Below are positions 1 through 13,110 of a stretch of DNA of 64,000 nt, piece by piece; position 1 is the stretch's first letter, and each line of letters begins with the position of its first letter. Where the stretch lies: the NCBI RefSeq assembly GCF_964355755.1, contig NC_092670.1, positions 29,624,388 through 29,688,387 on the forward strand, written 5' to 3'. This DNA is from Antedon mediterranea. Lineage: Eukaryota; Animalia; Echinodermata. The notes beneath the pieces are model-generated. The model was not told the origin of the DNA. It ran no database searches and worked only from the letters and a program-made list of their open reading frames with translations. The position numbers and the translations under genes were made by a program.

Positions 1-463
1 AAGTTACGTGTGCTCTTTTATATTTTATATTTTGTTGTAACAAATTTTTGTGTGAATGATGTACAGTATATTAAACTCTATATATTTTAAAAATTGCTAT
101 GTATGTAGTGTATCAAACAACACATTTCCAATTGTATGTATTGTGTATATAATTGGACAATAAAAGTTTTTAAAAAATTTTGATACATCATATGTAGATA
201 ATGACACAGCGTGTTTGTAGAACACTTGAAACCAGCTCCACATATTATGATGAACATTGAAGATGTCTGTCAAACAGCTATACATACCAACAACCAAGCG
301 CGTCATAGCAGCTAAGTAAATCTGCAACAAGATGCATCAGAAGAACAATAACATAGAAATATGACTAAACTTATTCTCAAATTTATAAAGAGTCTGTCTG
401 TTAATGACATTTATGAGATACACTACAGGTAAGTTCATTTGAAAATAAGGTGTTTTTAACTGA

Positions 464-3376
464 TAGTACGGGTTATTATGTCTTCCAGCTCGATATTTGT
501 GCCAAAATAGATTTTTTTAGCTAACTTTGTTTATTCTTGAGATGCTGAATCCAAAAAAGTTAGGTGCCATTTTTTTCGACCACTCCTTCAGCCGCCATTT
601 TGTATTTCAAAATGGCCGACGTTCCACACTAAACTTGGTCATCCATGGTATCATTGGAAAGGGAATGTAATACTGATTATTTTATTCCATTACACCCATA
701 TCAATAAACGCATAGTTACATAGTTATTGCGAAATAAAACAAATCATGTGACCTGCAATAAAGGTCAAAAGGTCAACAATTTCACCAAAATACTGTACTG
801 TTTGGTATCGTTGGATAGATTTTTTTTATTCTGAATACAGTTTTACTAATATCTATTCTATTTTACTTTGTTTATTGTCATAATTTTCCAATTATGTAAA
901 TAAATTGTTTTTAAATGTTCCTTGTTGTTTTTTAATGCCAATTACTTTCTTATTTACATACAATCTGTCCTATTGGTATATAAGTACTTTAGGCGTTGTT
1001 TTCTGTTCTTCTTCTGATGAGAATAGTTTCTCGAAACATGTCACATTTTAAGGCAGTTTGCCTATTCATTAAATTGCTATACTCATTTTAACAATGACAA
1101 AGTATTAAGATAAATACGGTTTTTCTTTAATTGGTTTTACAATTCATTCAAATGTTTGTTTGATTTTCATTCTACTTTGTTATTGTCCATTTATATGTTT
1201 TATAGTATATTATATATTATCTTAATACTAAATAAGTACCGTACGGTACTGGATTACACTTAACTTCAATGTCAAGTTTCCAAGTTATTTACTTTAAAAT
1301 CAAAATAACTATAGTCCGTGAACAAAGGTGAAATAAACTGTTGTCAAGTCACATCTTTGTTTTGTTTCGTTGGATAGAAATTCTGAATCTATTTTATTTT
1401 TAGTAGTTTACATTTCTGTTTTTCGTAAAAAGAAAAAAATGCTACGGGTCATGGTATCATTTGCGTAGCGTTCAAAATCATTTGTATTTTTGTCAAAGCG
1501 GGTACCACACAATATAAAGCCATCTGTGCACAATGCCAATGTTAATTGGCATGCCTTTCCCTTTGAACCTCAGATGAAGTGCAGCAGCAAACATTTTTTT
1601 CATTTGATATTATTATACAGTGAAAAAATCTTAAGAATTTAAAATAAAAAAAATTAAGATCAATTAGTTTTCCTCAAATAAAGTTTACACGAAAAAAAGA
1701 AAAGTCAGTGTCCTACTGCTGCCTTTACAAACTACCAATCGATATTGTAAAGAAACGAATTCGGTGTTTTTAACGTCTAAAGGTTCCCTTTGATTTTTAC
1801 GTATGGTTTGTGATTATCGCAATATAAATCCTAACTATACGTTGTTATTATTAAAAGTCATATAGAATAATTAATCAAACTATACTTGTTTCTGGTAACT
1901 TAACTTTAAGAACTTATCGGAAATAAGGGAAACAAAATCCGCTTTCCAGCAATAATATTCAAATTAGTTTGAGAAAAACGAAATCTTTTAACTGCAGACA
2001 CTTTATAAATATATACCGTATGTAACGATTTCAGTTATTGAATTCCCTTTTATAAATTTGTTACTTTTACTGCATTTCTCAGTTATATTTATCAAAAATG
2101 CAGTGGAGTGCGACCACACACCGGTAGGAGATAGAATCAGCCTTTCAGTCATCGGTGTGTTTTGAATTATTATTATTTTATGTTCTTGGGCATGATCCTA
2201 TTGTATCCGTTTGTTGTTAGTATTTGTATTCTTGTGAGTATTAGAATATGCCACCGATTTAATTTATATTCAATAAAATTATGTTATCATCTGAAACGGT
2301 GGAAGATTATTCGACTACTTATACACAGTATACTGTAGATGAGCTGTTTTCTATCCTGCCTTTATGGTCACACAAATATCCAATAATATAAGAATGTGTA
2401 CATAAATTAATTTAAATAAGCAACAACTTTTTTATCGATTTACTTTATATATATAATATAGGCCTAGGCTTACAACATACAACCATGCTATTGGCAGAAA
2501 ACCATGTTTGAAAAAACAACATAGACGCCACTGCACTGGATATAGTTATAAATAAAACTACATTAACTAGCAGAATAAAGACAAATCTAAATTACTTTCC
2601 AAAGTTACGTTTCTGTTTCTGCTGTAGTAGTTGTATGAACTTGCTCAAATAAAAGGTACTAAAATCAATTACTTTACCTCCAAATCATGTTTGCGTCGCA
2701 ACTAATTTACCTGCAAAGCAATGGTTGTTTGATCTTGTTTTTTACTTGCAATGCGAAAACCGGGCATATCGAGGATCTTGATAGTAAAACTTATCTTATA
2801 CTAAAGTAGTTTCACACACTGAAATTGTTATTATAACCAGATAAATGTTACCAACATTTGAATGAATAAAAAAAAACGTATTTATCTTTAATACGGAGGA
2901 GACCTTTTTTATTGTACATTTAAAAATTTATTTACATAATTGGAAAATTATGACAATAAATAAAGAAAAATCGAATAGATATTAGTAAAACTGTATTCAG
3001 AATAAAAAAAGCTATCTTACGATACCAAACAGTAAAGTATTTGAGAAAATTAAAATGTTGACCTTTGACCTTTTTGGTCACGTGACTTGTTTTATTGTTA
3101 AATAACTATGTAACTATGCATTTTTTGATATGGATGTAATGGGATAAAATGATCAGTATTATATTCCCTTTCCGATGATACCATGGATGACAAAGTTCAG
3201 TGTGGAATGTCGGGCCATTTTGAAATACAAAATGGCGGCTGAAGGAGTGGTAAAAAAAAATGGCACCTAACTTTTTTTAATTCAGCAACTCAAGAATAAC
3301 AAAGTTAGCCAATAAAATCTATTTTGGCACTAATATCGAGCTGGAACTAGTTTTCCTTACATATGTGACTGTACTA
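464..3376. mobile_element. Non-autonomous long-TIR DNA transposon, Academ-like
   Basis: Ends TAGTAC(464)...GTACTA(3376). About 450-bp imperfect inverted arms (464-~915 vs ~2915-3376), e.g. ttccagctcgatatttgtgccaaaatag vs ctattttggcactaatatcgagctggaa. TGA on both flanks (461-463, 3377-3379) fits a 3-bp TSD. No internal ORF. Confidence 0.75.
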
Positions 3377-3413
3377 TGATGTTAAGGCTAGCCTCTACCC
3401 CTATACATAAATA

Positions 3414-3516
3414 TTTTTAGTCTCGAGCAACGCAACTCTACAGCTTACTATGTCGGTCGGTTGGTCAGTAAACACTAAATTGAGCATGCAACTGCAGCCA
3501 TGTATATGGCCTTGTT
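3414..3516 (+). mobile_element. Short HINE/DINE-like (Helentron-associated) element
   Basis: tttttagtctcgagcaacgcaactctac...gtcggtcggttggtc...gcagccatgtatatggccttgttt: T-rich insertion site, GTCG-type microsatellite core and a 3' hairpin ending CTTGTT. Confidence 0.45.
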
Positions 3517-3556
3517 TTCCAAATTTGCAAAAACAGATTTTGTTATATTTTAAAGG

Positions 3557-5326
3557 CAGGCCCGTATGCAGCATTTATAATGGGGGGGTGCGAGCGAAGC
3601 GAGCAACAATGGCTGGGGGCCAGGGGGCCGCCAAGGGCCCCCGGTCAGGGTCCAGGGGCCGAAGGCCCTGGGAAAATTTGCGTTATTTGACGTTCTAAAG
3701 ACTGATGTAAGACTCTCTGTTGTGGCTTGGGCTAGTTGAACGATGGACACCAGAGAAGAACTTAACGCTTTCATGATGAGGCCAACTCAGCAGGGGTGGC
3801 GCCAGGATCTTCCCGACGCGGGGGCTACATTCCCCGACGAGGGGGCTATGCGAGCATCACTAGGCTGAGGGCCAGGGGCCGCCAAGGACCCCCGGTGGGG
3901 TCCAGGGGGCGAAGCCCCCGGAAGCAACGCGTACTAGCGTCATTTGAGGTTTTTTTTAATCAGATTTAGGGTAGCCATTTTTTCCATTTTTTATAATGCA
4001 TAAATAAAATACTGCGTGCAAAAAAACGATGCGCGATGACGGTTTCAATCCATATTTTTCAAGTTAAAAAATAAAAGTTCAAAGAAAATTTTGAAAAATA
4101 GAGTTGGAGGTCCTGGAAATTGGACTTATTTATACTTCAAAACATGAAAAAAAATATATAAGTCCCTATCATGGGTTGTGACTGAGCTAAGAAATGTTTG
4201 AAAAATAGAGATGTTAGGTCCCGGAAAATGTACTTCTTGTTCTTCGAAATATGACCAGCTTTATTGTTGGGGCTGAGCTAAGAAAATGTTTAAAACTAGA
4301 GCTGCAGGTCTTCAAAAAATTGCATTTTATACTTTGGAAACATCAGGCCTAGAGGCTTAAAAAACGCAAGCGTAGACCTTTTTCAGTCGGGGAAAAAAGT
4401 TTATTCCTCCCAGGTGTATGCATGCGTACCATCTGGACTTCCGAGTGGTGAGAAATTCATGACATACAGGATATTGAAAATGTAATAACTATAGCTATAA
4501 TGTTGGCTAAGCGAAAATGGCATGTTTTTTTGTTTAGTAATGGATGAAAAATTTATTTTAGGTGCCCCACGGTACAGAAGGTTACTTGTAAATTAAAAAA
4601 TTGGTGAACAAACGAACAATTAACATAATTCGTTTTTGCTGTAGTGTAGCGTACGTCGACGCAGTACACGACGTAACCGTCGGTAAACTTCGCCTGGAAA
4701 ATAACACATTACACATTTTGGTCCCTGGATGAAACTTGATATCACGCGTCTCGACCCAACGTTGAACGATTCGTACAAAGGGATACCGCCAGACAAGTGC
4801 GTACCTAGCTATTGTTTAGTAGTAAGTTAGATCGCTGGCAATAATGAATGCATATAAAGTGCATAATATCACTCTGACGTACTCTCACGGTCAATGAAAC
4901 GTCGCGGTTTTCTAGGCGCTGAAGGGAAAGCGAAGCGAACGCTTTTTACTGTATATTATATTCCCCGACAAAAAGTACACGTGTTCCCTGACGTTAAGTT
5001 GTCTGTATTTCTCCAGCAAACACTTTACCGCGTACCGCGTACATGAAGCGCTAAGCTATTGCTTGTCGTCACATGATCGACTGCGCATGTTTTACATCGA
5101 GTTTGTAGTCAGTTCAGATTCCGTAATTTAATTACCGGTATTTTTTCATTTTATATTAGCATATTTTTGTTTGTATACCATTGATAATGTAAATTTTGTA
5201 TATATATAATGATATTGTCTTTAGTTAAACAAGACAAGAAAAAATACCAACCGAGGAAATAGTGGACCTTTTGGGACTTGGGGGGGTGCGTCTGCACCCA
5301 ACGCACCCCCCCTGGATACGGGCCTG
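3557..5326. mobile_element. Non-autonomous TIR element with 5-bp TSD (hAT5-like)
   Basis: TIR CAGGCCCGTAT(3557)...ATACGGGCCTG(5326). AAAGG directly repeated at 3552-3556 and 5327-5331. GC-rich subterminal blocks; a second related GC-rich terminus begins near 3790. Confidence 0.7.
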
Positions 5327-6039
5327 AAAGGGTATTACCAAACTGTGCAACAACAAAAAACCAATTAATATCGGAAAGATGACGACTAGAACTATAAAAG
5401 GAGAAATAAAGTTCTAGTTGTGATCTAATTAATATTATCATTAATTAGTTTGAAGGGGTTTCTCAAAAGTTTTATTTTTAGATTATTTCCTTTTATAGTT
5501 CTGTTTTTTAGGGGTTTGCACTCTGAAGCCAGTATTTTTCCTAGAAAAATTGATGTTTTTCAATTCAAAAACTTGCATTAATTTCAATAATTGTCTTCTT
5601 TTTAAATATGTTATAATCAATGTAAGTGGTTTGCAGAAGGTATGAGTTTTTTTTTATATTTGCGCTGTGAAATCTGTAATTTTACAAAAAAACTAAAAAA
5701 CTGGCGAACTTCACACCATTTCAATATTTTTTTCCATAAATTATCACCGTTTATAGTTCTAGTTGTGATCTAATCAATATGACTTGCTTTGAATGAGGGT
5801 TGACCTCAAATATGGAAAAAAAATGTTTCACTATGATTGATGAAGATGAACCCTATCCCATAATGTTTTCATTTTTTTCACTCAGTAATCAAATTAAATA
5901 TACGCCATAAAGCATCGGAATATATTGTAGGGAATAGTATTATAACCTTACATAGGGAGATTTGATAAGACATTTTGTTTAAAATCGAGTGAAATCCACC
6001 GTCTACACTTTCTAGAGGGGGAGCGAGCTCACCCACTAG

Positions 6040-6632
6040 TATGATAAATGAAACCTCTTCTTAAGCATTTTAAGTCTAATATAGGTTATAAGGGAAGTTT
6101 TGTTTTTTTTTGTTTTTAAAGGATATTGACCAATTCTTTAAAAAGTTTTATTATAATTATGGAATCATGTTTATTTACATGTGTTCCGAGAATATAGTTC
6201 CATAGTTTTTATATTGTACGAGCAAGTCAGTGTGCACTATGCAGTAACTAAAAATCTTTTTCAAAAGAAAGCTAAGAGTGTGTTATTGATAAGATCGTCA
6301 AATCCGTTATAATAATACGGTACCATCACGATTATGTTATATTTTTATTTGATATTATGTTCACAGTATTCGGCAGCAAATGTTAATATTGTGATCACTG
6401 TAGTCGAGGTGTAAAGCTCTGAGATGTATCCAAGAGTTTTGATATACTACAGTACTGTACTGTATATGATAAATGAAACCTCATTTTAAGTTATGTAAAG
6501 GGGAATTTTTGTTTATTATTTTTTCATTTGTGATATTTTGAGAGTGTTGCGGTAAATGATTTCTTTAAAAGGTACCGGTAATCATGTGTTCTTAAAATAT
6601 AGTTCCATAGTTTTTGTATTGTACGAGCAAGC
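6040..6632 (+). repeat. Diverged local direct duplication (~6040-6228 and ~6465-6632)
   Basis: Both copies share atgataaatgaaacctc ... atatagttccatagttttt(a/g)tattgtacgagcaag. Confidence 0.6.
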
Positions 6633-6849
6633 CTCCCGCCACTTTTTTTTTTCAATTTTAATTTAGCTGCCGTGACGCATGGGGTTTTTGTTTTCAGTGA
6701 TTTCATTTGCTGGCCAATAAATACGAATCCGCGAAAATTTCCACTTTTACAGTAATGGCACCACAGATGGGGTCCAATAGGCTCACTGAATACAAGAGCA
6801 AATATCAGTTCACCCAATCATATACTATTATAACTGTCATAATTCCTGC

Positions 6850-7286
6850 GAGAAACCAATAACCCATTCCATTGTCTACATATCTAATGATTTAAACCAT
6901 GACCACCATGCCGTCCACACATTTCCATGCCATGCAATAAAGCATGTGAAAGAAGTGTGTCCAACTGAACTTACAAAGATAGTGCGTGTTACTGATGGTT
7001 GCGGTGCGCAGTACAAGTCTATAGGACATTCCTAGACATATCTTACTCTGTAGAGGATAATGGCATCCCTATTCAGCACGAGTTTTTTGGATCCCGCCAT
7101 GGGAAGGGGCTGTCAGACTGTGAAAGCGCAGTAGTAAAACGAAAAACATCTATGGCCGAGGCTTCCCACCAAGCATCAATAAAGAATGCGTTTGAGATGT
7201 ACAAGTATTGTAAGAGTGATTTAACAAAGAGAGATGATGTTGCAGCAGATGGAGGATGCTCTCATTTCAAACACACACTTTTGTAG
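6850..7286 (+). pseudogene. Frameshifted DDD transposase remnant, Sola2-like
   Basis: Reads DHHAVHTF...KIVRVTDGCGAQYKS, then a frameshift, then RTFLDISY...HEFFGSRHGKGLSDCESAVVKR. This resembles the Sola2-type SDG(x)xxQYK and FFxxxHGKGxxD motifs. Confidence 0.65.
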
Positions 7287-8847
7287 GGTACATCTACCCT
7301 AGGCTACAGTAGATAGTGAGTGGTTTGGGATTCAGTGGTGGTGTTACATATACAGTAAGTCGAATCCCCTAAGGGCGCGTTTATACAACACGCTATTACA
7401 CGCATATTCAACACGCCTACGAGAAGTGTGTTGTATAACATCGAAGTGATTCCGTGTAAAGAGATTTTAATTGCAAAAAAGGCTACTTGGCTGAATCCTA
7501 AAATGTTGTGGATTCCCGGTTGCTGTTGGCGTGTTGGAAGTGTCCTCAGGGTATTGTTTTGACCTCTCGTTAAATAAAAGTATGTGCTGTGAAAATGTTG
7601 ACCAAATCTAGTAGATAATTGTGCTTTTTTAGGGTATTTTAACCGATTTAGCACTCAACATTAACGCTAATCAAATGTTGGCATAATTTGGCAAAATGTA
7701 GCATAGTTTTATCCTAATTCTAAAACATTTTTTTTTTCTAATTTCAAAAGCAGATTTAAAAAATCAATAACTGAATAAACTAAATTTTAAACGAAATCAT
7801 CCTTTATTAAAATCCTTTATAAACTCATATTAATTCATAATGCATGTAAGTATATATACAACTTAGGATTATGAACTACGGTATAACACGGTATTACGAT
7901 TTAATGTATAACTGCAAGGTTTTTGTGGGGTTGTCCTCGGCCCGTGCAACACGCTAAAAATTAAAGACGTGTTCAAATTTAGGATGTTGTATAAAAACAG
8001 CCTAAGTCACTCCCTGGTTATATTGTGTAGTTAGGCCTAGGCTAGTTATAGTATACTCTAGCTATTCCACATTGTATCATTGATCAAAAAGGAGGGCTAA
8101 CAAAACTATATATAAAACCACTTTTAAATAAAAGCAGTTTTCATTTATTTTATTATAAGAACATGGGATGGTGGAGGCATTTTTCATGCCATGGCAGATT
8201 ATTTCCCAATTCCAACATTTGAAATGAATACAAACAGTAACACAGTAAACTATTTATTTTAAAGGGTAAATATTAAATAAATTCCTTTTTATTCAACCTG
8301 AATGACACTAATATAATAAGTCCTCCTGCAGACTAGAGAATAGTGCATAATTCAGTTTTATCTGCTATACTGACTGTACATAGGGAAAACAGGTCTCCTT
8401 TGCAAATAATTGTCTTGATTTTTATCTTTCAGAATGATTGTCGGAGAAGAATGCTAAAGTAGAAGCGAGTTGCTTGAACAACAAATAAAAAATAAATAAA
8501 AGTTTGAATAGATGTACTTCTAAACAATTAATTAAACATGGAGGGTATGTGGGACATAAGACTTTAGCGGGGTAACGTCCTTACCCCATTAGATGATAAA
8601 TGAAGCATCTTATTTATATATCAAACAATTAAAGTAAAAAAGGCCTTGTACTTAAAATGTCCGAATATTGTGTTGAATTGCCTTTTATTTTAGGTCCTAC
8701 AGTAGTTTAACATCATAACATACTGTAGTCTGATGAGAGTTTTAACTTGTTTTGTTGCAACCCTTAATTCCTATTAAAATACTGTAGTGTAGAATGCTAT
8801 GTAGCATTTCCCTGCTAACATGTAATTTGCATAGTTTGTATAGTATT

Positions 8848-10210
8848 AGTGTAGCATTCACCCACTAGCATTTGAATGCTAGTGCAGCATTCACCCACTA
8901 GCATTCGAATGCTAGTTTAGCATTCACCCACTAGCATTCGAATGCTAGTGCAGCATTCACCCACTAGCATTCGAATGCTAGTGCAGCATTCACCCACTAG
9001 CATTCGAATGCTAGTGCAGCATTCACCCACTAGCATTCGAATGCTAGTGCAGCATTCACCCACTAGCATTCGAATGCTAGTGCAGCATTCACCCACTAGC
9101 ATTCGAATGCTAGTGCAGCATTCACCCACTAGCATTCGAATGCTAGTTTAGCATTTCACCCACTACCATTCGAATGCTAGTGCAGCATTTCACCCACTAC
9201 CATTCGAATGCTAGTGCAGCATTCACCCACTAGCATTCAAATGCTAGTGCAGCATTCACCCACTAGAATGCTACACTTCGAATGCTAGTGTAGCATTCAC
9301 CCACTAGCATTCGAATGCTAGTGCAGCATTCACCCACTAGAATGCTACACTTCGAATGCTAGTGTAGCATTCACCCACTACCATTCGAATGCTAGTGCAG
9401 CATTCACCCACTAGCATTCGAATGCTAGTGCAGCATTCACCCACTAGCATTTGAATGCTAGTGCAGCATTCACCCACTAGCATTCGAATGCTAGTGCAGC
9501 ATTCACCCACTAGAATGCTACACTTCGAATGTTAGTGTAGCATTTCACCCACTAGCATTCGAATGCTAGTGCAGCATTTACCCACTAGCATTCGAATGCT
9601 AGTGCAGCATTCACCCACTAGCATTTTGCAGCATTCACCCACTAGCATTTTGCAGCATTCACCCACTAGCATTTTGCAGCATTCACCCACTAGCATTCGA
9701 ATGTTAGTGTAGCATTCACTCTCTAGCATTTGAATGCTAGTGCAGCATTCACCCACTAGCATTCGAATGCTAGTGCAGCATTCACCCACTAGCATTTTGC
9801 AGCATTCACCCACTAGCATTCACCCACTAGCATTCGAATGTTAGTGTAGCATTCACTCTCTAGCATTTGAATGCTAGTGCAGCATTCACCCACTAGCATT
9901 CGAATGCTAGTGCAGCATTCACCCACTAGCATTTTGCAGCATTCACCCACTAGCATTTTGCAGCATTCACCCACTAGCATTCGAATGTTAGTGTAGCATT
10001 CACCCACTAGAATGCTACACTTCGAATGCTAGTGTAGCATTCACCCACTAGCATTTGAATGCTATTGCTAGTGCAGCATTCACCCACTAGCATTTGAATG
10101 CTAGTGCAGCATTCACTCTCTAGCATTTGAATGCTAGTGCAGCATTCACCCACTAGCATTTGAATGCTAGTGCAGCATTCACCCACTAGCATTCAAATGC
10201 TAGTGCTACC
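8848..10210. repeat. 33-bp tandem satellite built on a 22-bp perfect palindrome
   Basis: Unit CAGCATTCACC+CACTAGCATTCGAATGCTAGTG, roughly 40 copies including 24-bp deletion variants. Degenerate AGCATTCGAATGCT copies continue to ~10430. Confidence 0.95.
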
Positions 10211-10789
10211 ATTCGTATGCTTAGCTCATTTAAATAATTGGGCTCCCAGGAAGGCTTAGTGAATGCTAAGAAGCATTCGAATGCTAAATCTGGAAGGCTT
10301 AGCGAATGCTAAGAAGCATTCGAATGCTAAATTCAGTCATTGAATGCTTATATACCACTAGTATTCGAATGCTAAGTATATAACCCTTTGAATGCCAATA
10401 ACAGCATTCAAGGAGTAGCATTCGAATGCTTTGTGAATGGTAGGCGAAGGAATTTAGCTTTGGTAAGGGAAGCCATGAGAAAAGCCTATCATGCGCACCC
10501 TCAATCCTTTTATAAGGAACCCATGGATTTGCCAAAATGAACCAAGGGTAACTTCTGGATTCTCTATGAGCCGTACATTCTTTTTAATTAGAAATACATG
10601 AAAGACATTGTACTATATAGTAGTAGTAGTATTCCCCTTCCACACCTCTTTGAATTAAATCCTCCTGATAGGTTCTTATGTACAGGATTTCAAAGCAATA
10701 ATCACACTTGTATTTTTCAAACAGTTAATCCATTAATGAATAAAATATCTATTATAAACGTTAGAAATCTCTATGCTACAGTATGTCGT

Positions 10790-11895
10790 TATTTAGATGA
10801 GAAAAACAGGTCAAAGGTTTAAATTACAGAAAAATAGGTGTTTCAGTAATTTTTAAAAAAAAATGTTGCATTATGGCAAGTATAAACATATATATTGTGA
10901 ATAATTTGAAACCAAAATTGGTTCCCTACAAAAAATATTTATTAATTTATGATATTATTGTTAGGTTATCCCCTCATATGTAATGCACCATTGACGTGTC
11001 ATACTGTATCTATGCGTGGGTCTCTCCTCTGGTGAAACCTCGTGAGATGATTCAGTGAAAAATAAACCACACTTTGTTCTTTAATTTCCCGTAGTTTCTG
11101 TGTTATTATTTCTGTATATTCCCGAGCTATAAGTCCAGGTTACAATGGAATCAACAATTATAACCTTATTCAATTTTTTCAATTTTTTCCACACTTCCGG
11201 TCATTTTAAAGAAATATCATCTGTAATTAATACACAGAATATAAATGTATATCTTGGGAACAATTTGCTCATATTTTTAATTCTGTCCAACCTGCCGTTA
11301 CTTAGATATAGTGAAAAGAGGTCAAAGGTCAAAATTGCTAAAAATGGGGTTTCCGGTCAATTTTACAAAGAAAAAATTCTGTTAGAGCTAATATAAACAT
11401 ATACATTGTGAACAATTTGACACCAAAATTATCTCATTAAATCCAGTATTTCCCGAGATCTAGCATGTTTTATAAAAATAATAGCGGCCATTTTGTTTAT
11501 GCTAATTATGCAAATGTCTCAATGCTGACATCCATCCAGTAAAAAAAATCTTCATTCTGATGGTATCGAGAATCAAAATCCATAAAAAAAAACTATAGAA
11601 AACATTGCAAGGTTAAACCCCTTTTTTCATAAGATGATTGAATAGATACCTATAATCATAAAAATGTAATAAAAGACCAAATTGTGCTTCAATAAATTTG
11701 TTAAAATACATATACATAATACATTGTTGTAATTGGTCAATTTTGAACTTTGACCCCTTATCTCGAAAACACTTCCTATCCTGATCGATTACCTTCCATA
11801 CTCATAATCTACGGAAAATTCTGGTCTAGAAAAGTTGGATGGCAATTTGTCCCCCTCCGGGTGGTGATACCTCACCTCCTGCCACCGGACTACTA
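10790..11895. mobile_element. Degenerate fragment of an Academ-like non-autonomous element
   Basis: Repeated aggtcaaagg(t) motifs shared with the other long-TIR elements here, an internal duplication (~10790-10930 vs ~11300-11430) and a terminus ccggactacta. Left end not resolved. Confidence 0.35.
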
Positions 11896-12142
11896 GTAAA
11901 AATAAAATAACTATATGTAATCTTCATGTCAAACTTTCTTAATAATTTAAAAATTATCATTGTATGATCAAAAAGAAATATAATATCTAATTTTCTCCTT
12001 TATATAAATATATAATTTTATCCAAGGGGTTGCTAACACAAGTGTTCCCATGTCTTGTTATGTATTGCACCTTTGTCCTGTCTTTATGTTGTCTGTAATG
12101 TCACTGCACTAATGGGTGACCGGCAAACGAGCTTCGCTCTAA

Positions 12143-12298
12143 AGCGTGGTTCCCACTAGCGACGCAACACAAGGACGTAACGCAACGCAAGTGAATTGAC
12201 CAATCACAAGCGATGGCTTATTCGCTTGTGATTGCTAACTGTCTATAACTTCGCTTGTCATTGGTTAAAACACTTGCGTTGCGTTTACCAAGCTTTAT
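12143..12298. mobile_element. PIF/Harbinger-type MITE, internally deleted
   Basis: taa|agcgtggttcccactagcgacgcaac...ttgcgttgcgtttaccaagct|tta, with internal inverted repeats (aacgcaacgcaagtg/cacttgcgttgcgtt; caatcacaagcga/tcgcttgtgattg). Confidence 0.55.
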
Positions 12299-12670
12299 GG
12301 TTATCCATCCAAATAAGTTGTTTATATGTTCAGAAATTGAAATGGTAAATAAACTGAAACTGAAAACAGTATCAATAATGAAACAGCCATCAAAGTAATC
12401 CTGAATTTTTGGAGACGGTCATCCTTAAAGCAATACAGAAGCTATATAAAGAGATGGGAAGCTTTTGCAGCCACACAATTAGTCAATGTACAGTAGGTCT
12501 TGCTTTAGAATTCCTTACAATGATATTTGAATCAACAAACAGTTACTCAGCAGTAAATACAGCATCGTCATGTTTGGTCCTGGAAAATGGCCAAACGATT
12601 AAATCACATAATTTAATTAGATTTGTAAAATGAACATTTAATCTAAAGCCACCAATTTCATTTCATTTCA

Positions 12671-12848
12671 TGTGGTAGTATGCAATATCGATCTAGCGCC
12701 ACCTAGCGGGGATCGAGAGAGGGTTTTTAACATGGACGCGAGTCACGATAGTTGATATGTTGAATAAATGTTATTTGGATTGTGTTTAACGGTAGTCCTA
12801 TGTACGTCTGTTTGAGTACAGTGTAGCGACAACAAACAAAACATAATA
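12671..12848 (+). repeat. 5' LTR
   Basis: TGTGGTAGTATG...AAAACATAATA; contains AATAAA; matches 17409-17586. Confidence 0.95.
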
Positions 12849-12862
12849 TGGTGTCAGAAGTG
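12849..12862 (+). other. Primer-binding site, tRNA-Leu
   Basis: TGGTGTCAGAAGTG directly after the 5' LTR, complementary to the ...CACTTCTGACACCA 3' end of metazoan tRNA-Leu. Confidence 0.85.
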
Positions 12863-13110
12863 TGTCTGAATCGACTCATCCAACGCTCAGAAAGGTCAGT
12901 AACGATCGATTTCCGAGATACCTACCCCAGCGGCGGTAGCCTAGCCTAGCGAGAATAGCGAGAGCGGTTGAACGCTCACACAACGACGCACGACAGCGGA
13001 CGATTGTAAACAAGTTGCATAGCAACCACAACGCAGTAAACCGCACAGCCTAGCCTAGGAATTAAAGAGATTTGAACTCCGTAAGTTATTCAGTAATTAT
13101 AAGAATAATT

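Noticed and set aside
195-434. Exon-like segment ending CAG|GTAAGT
   Set aside because: In-frame stops in the frame examined and no recognisable protein; cannot be called a gene.
8917-10192. Repetitive ORFs (MLVGECCTSIR)n and (MLVQHSPTSIR)n
   Set aside because: A by-product of a 33-bp unit; the frames are broken by indels on both strands.
8848-10210. CRISPR-like array of palindromic repeats
   Set aside because: The linkers are identical 11-mers rather than unique spacers, there are no cas genes and the context is eukaryotic; it is a satellite.
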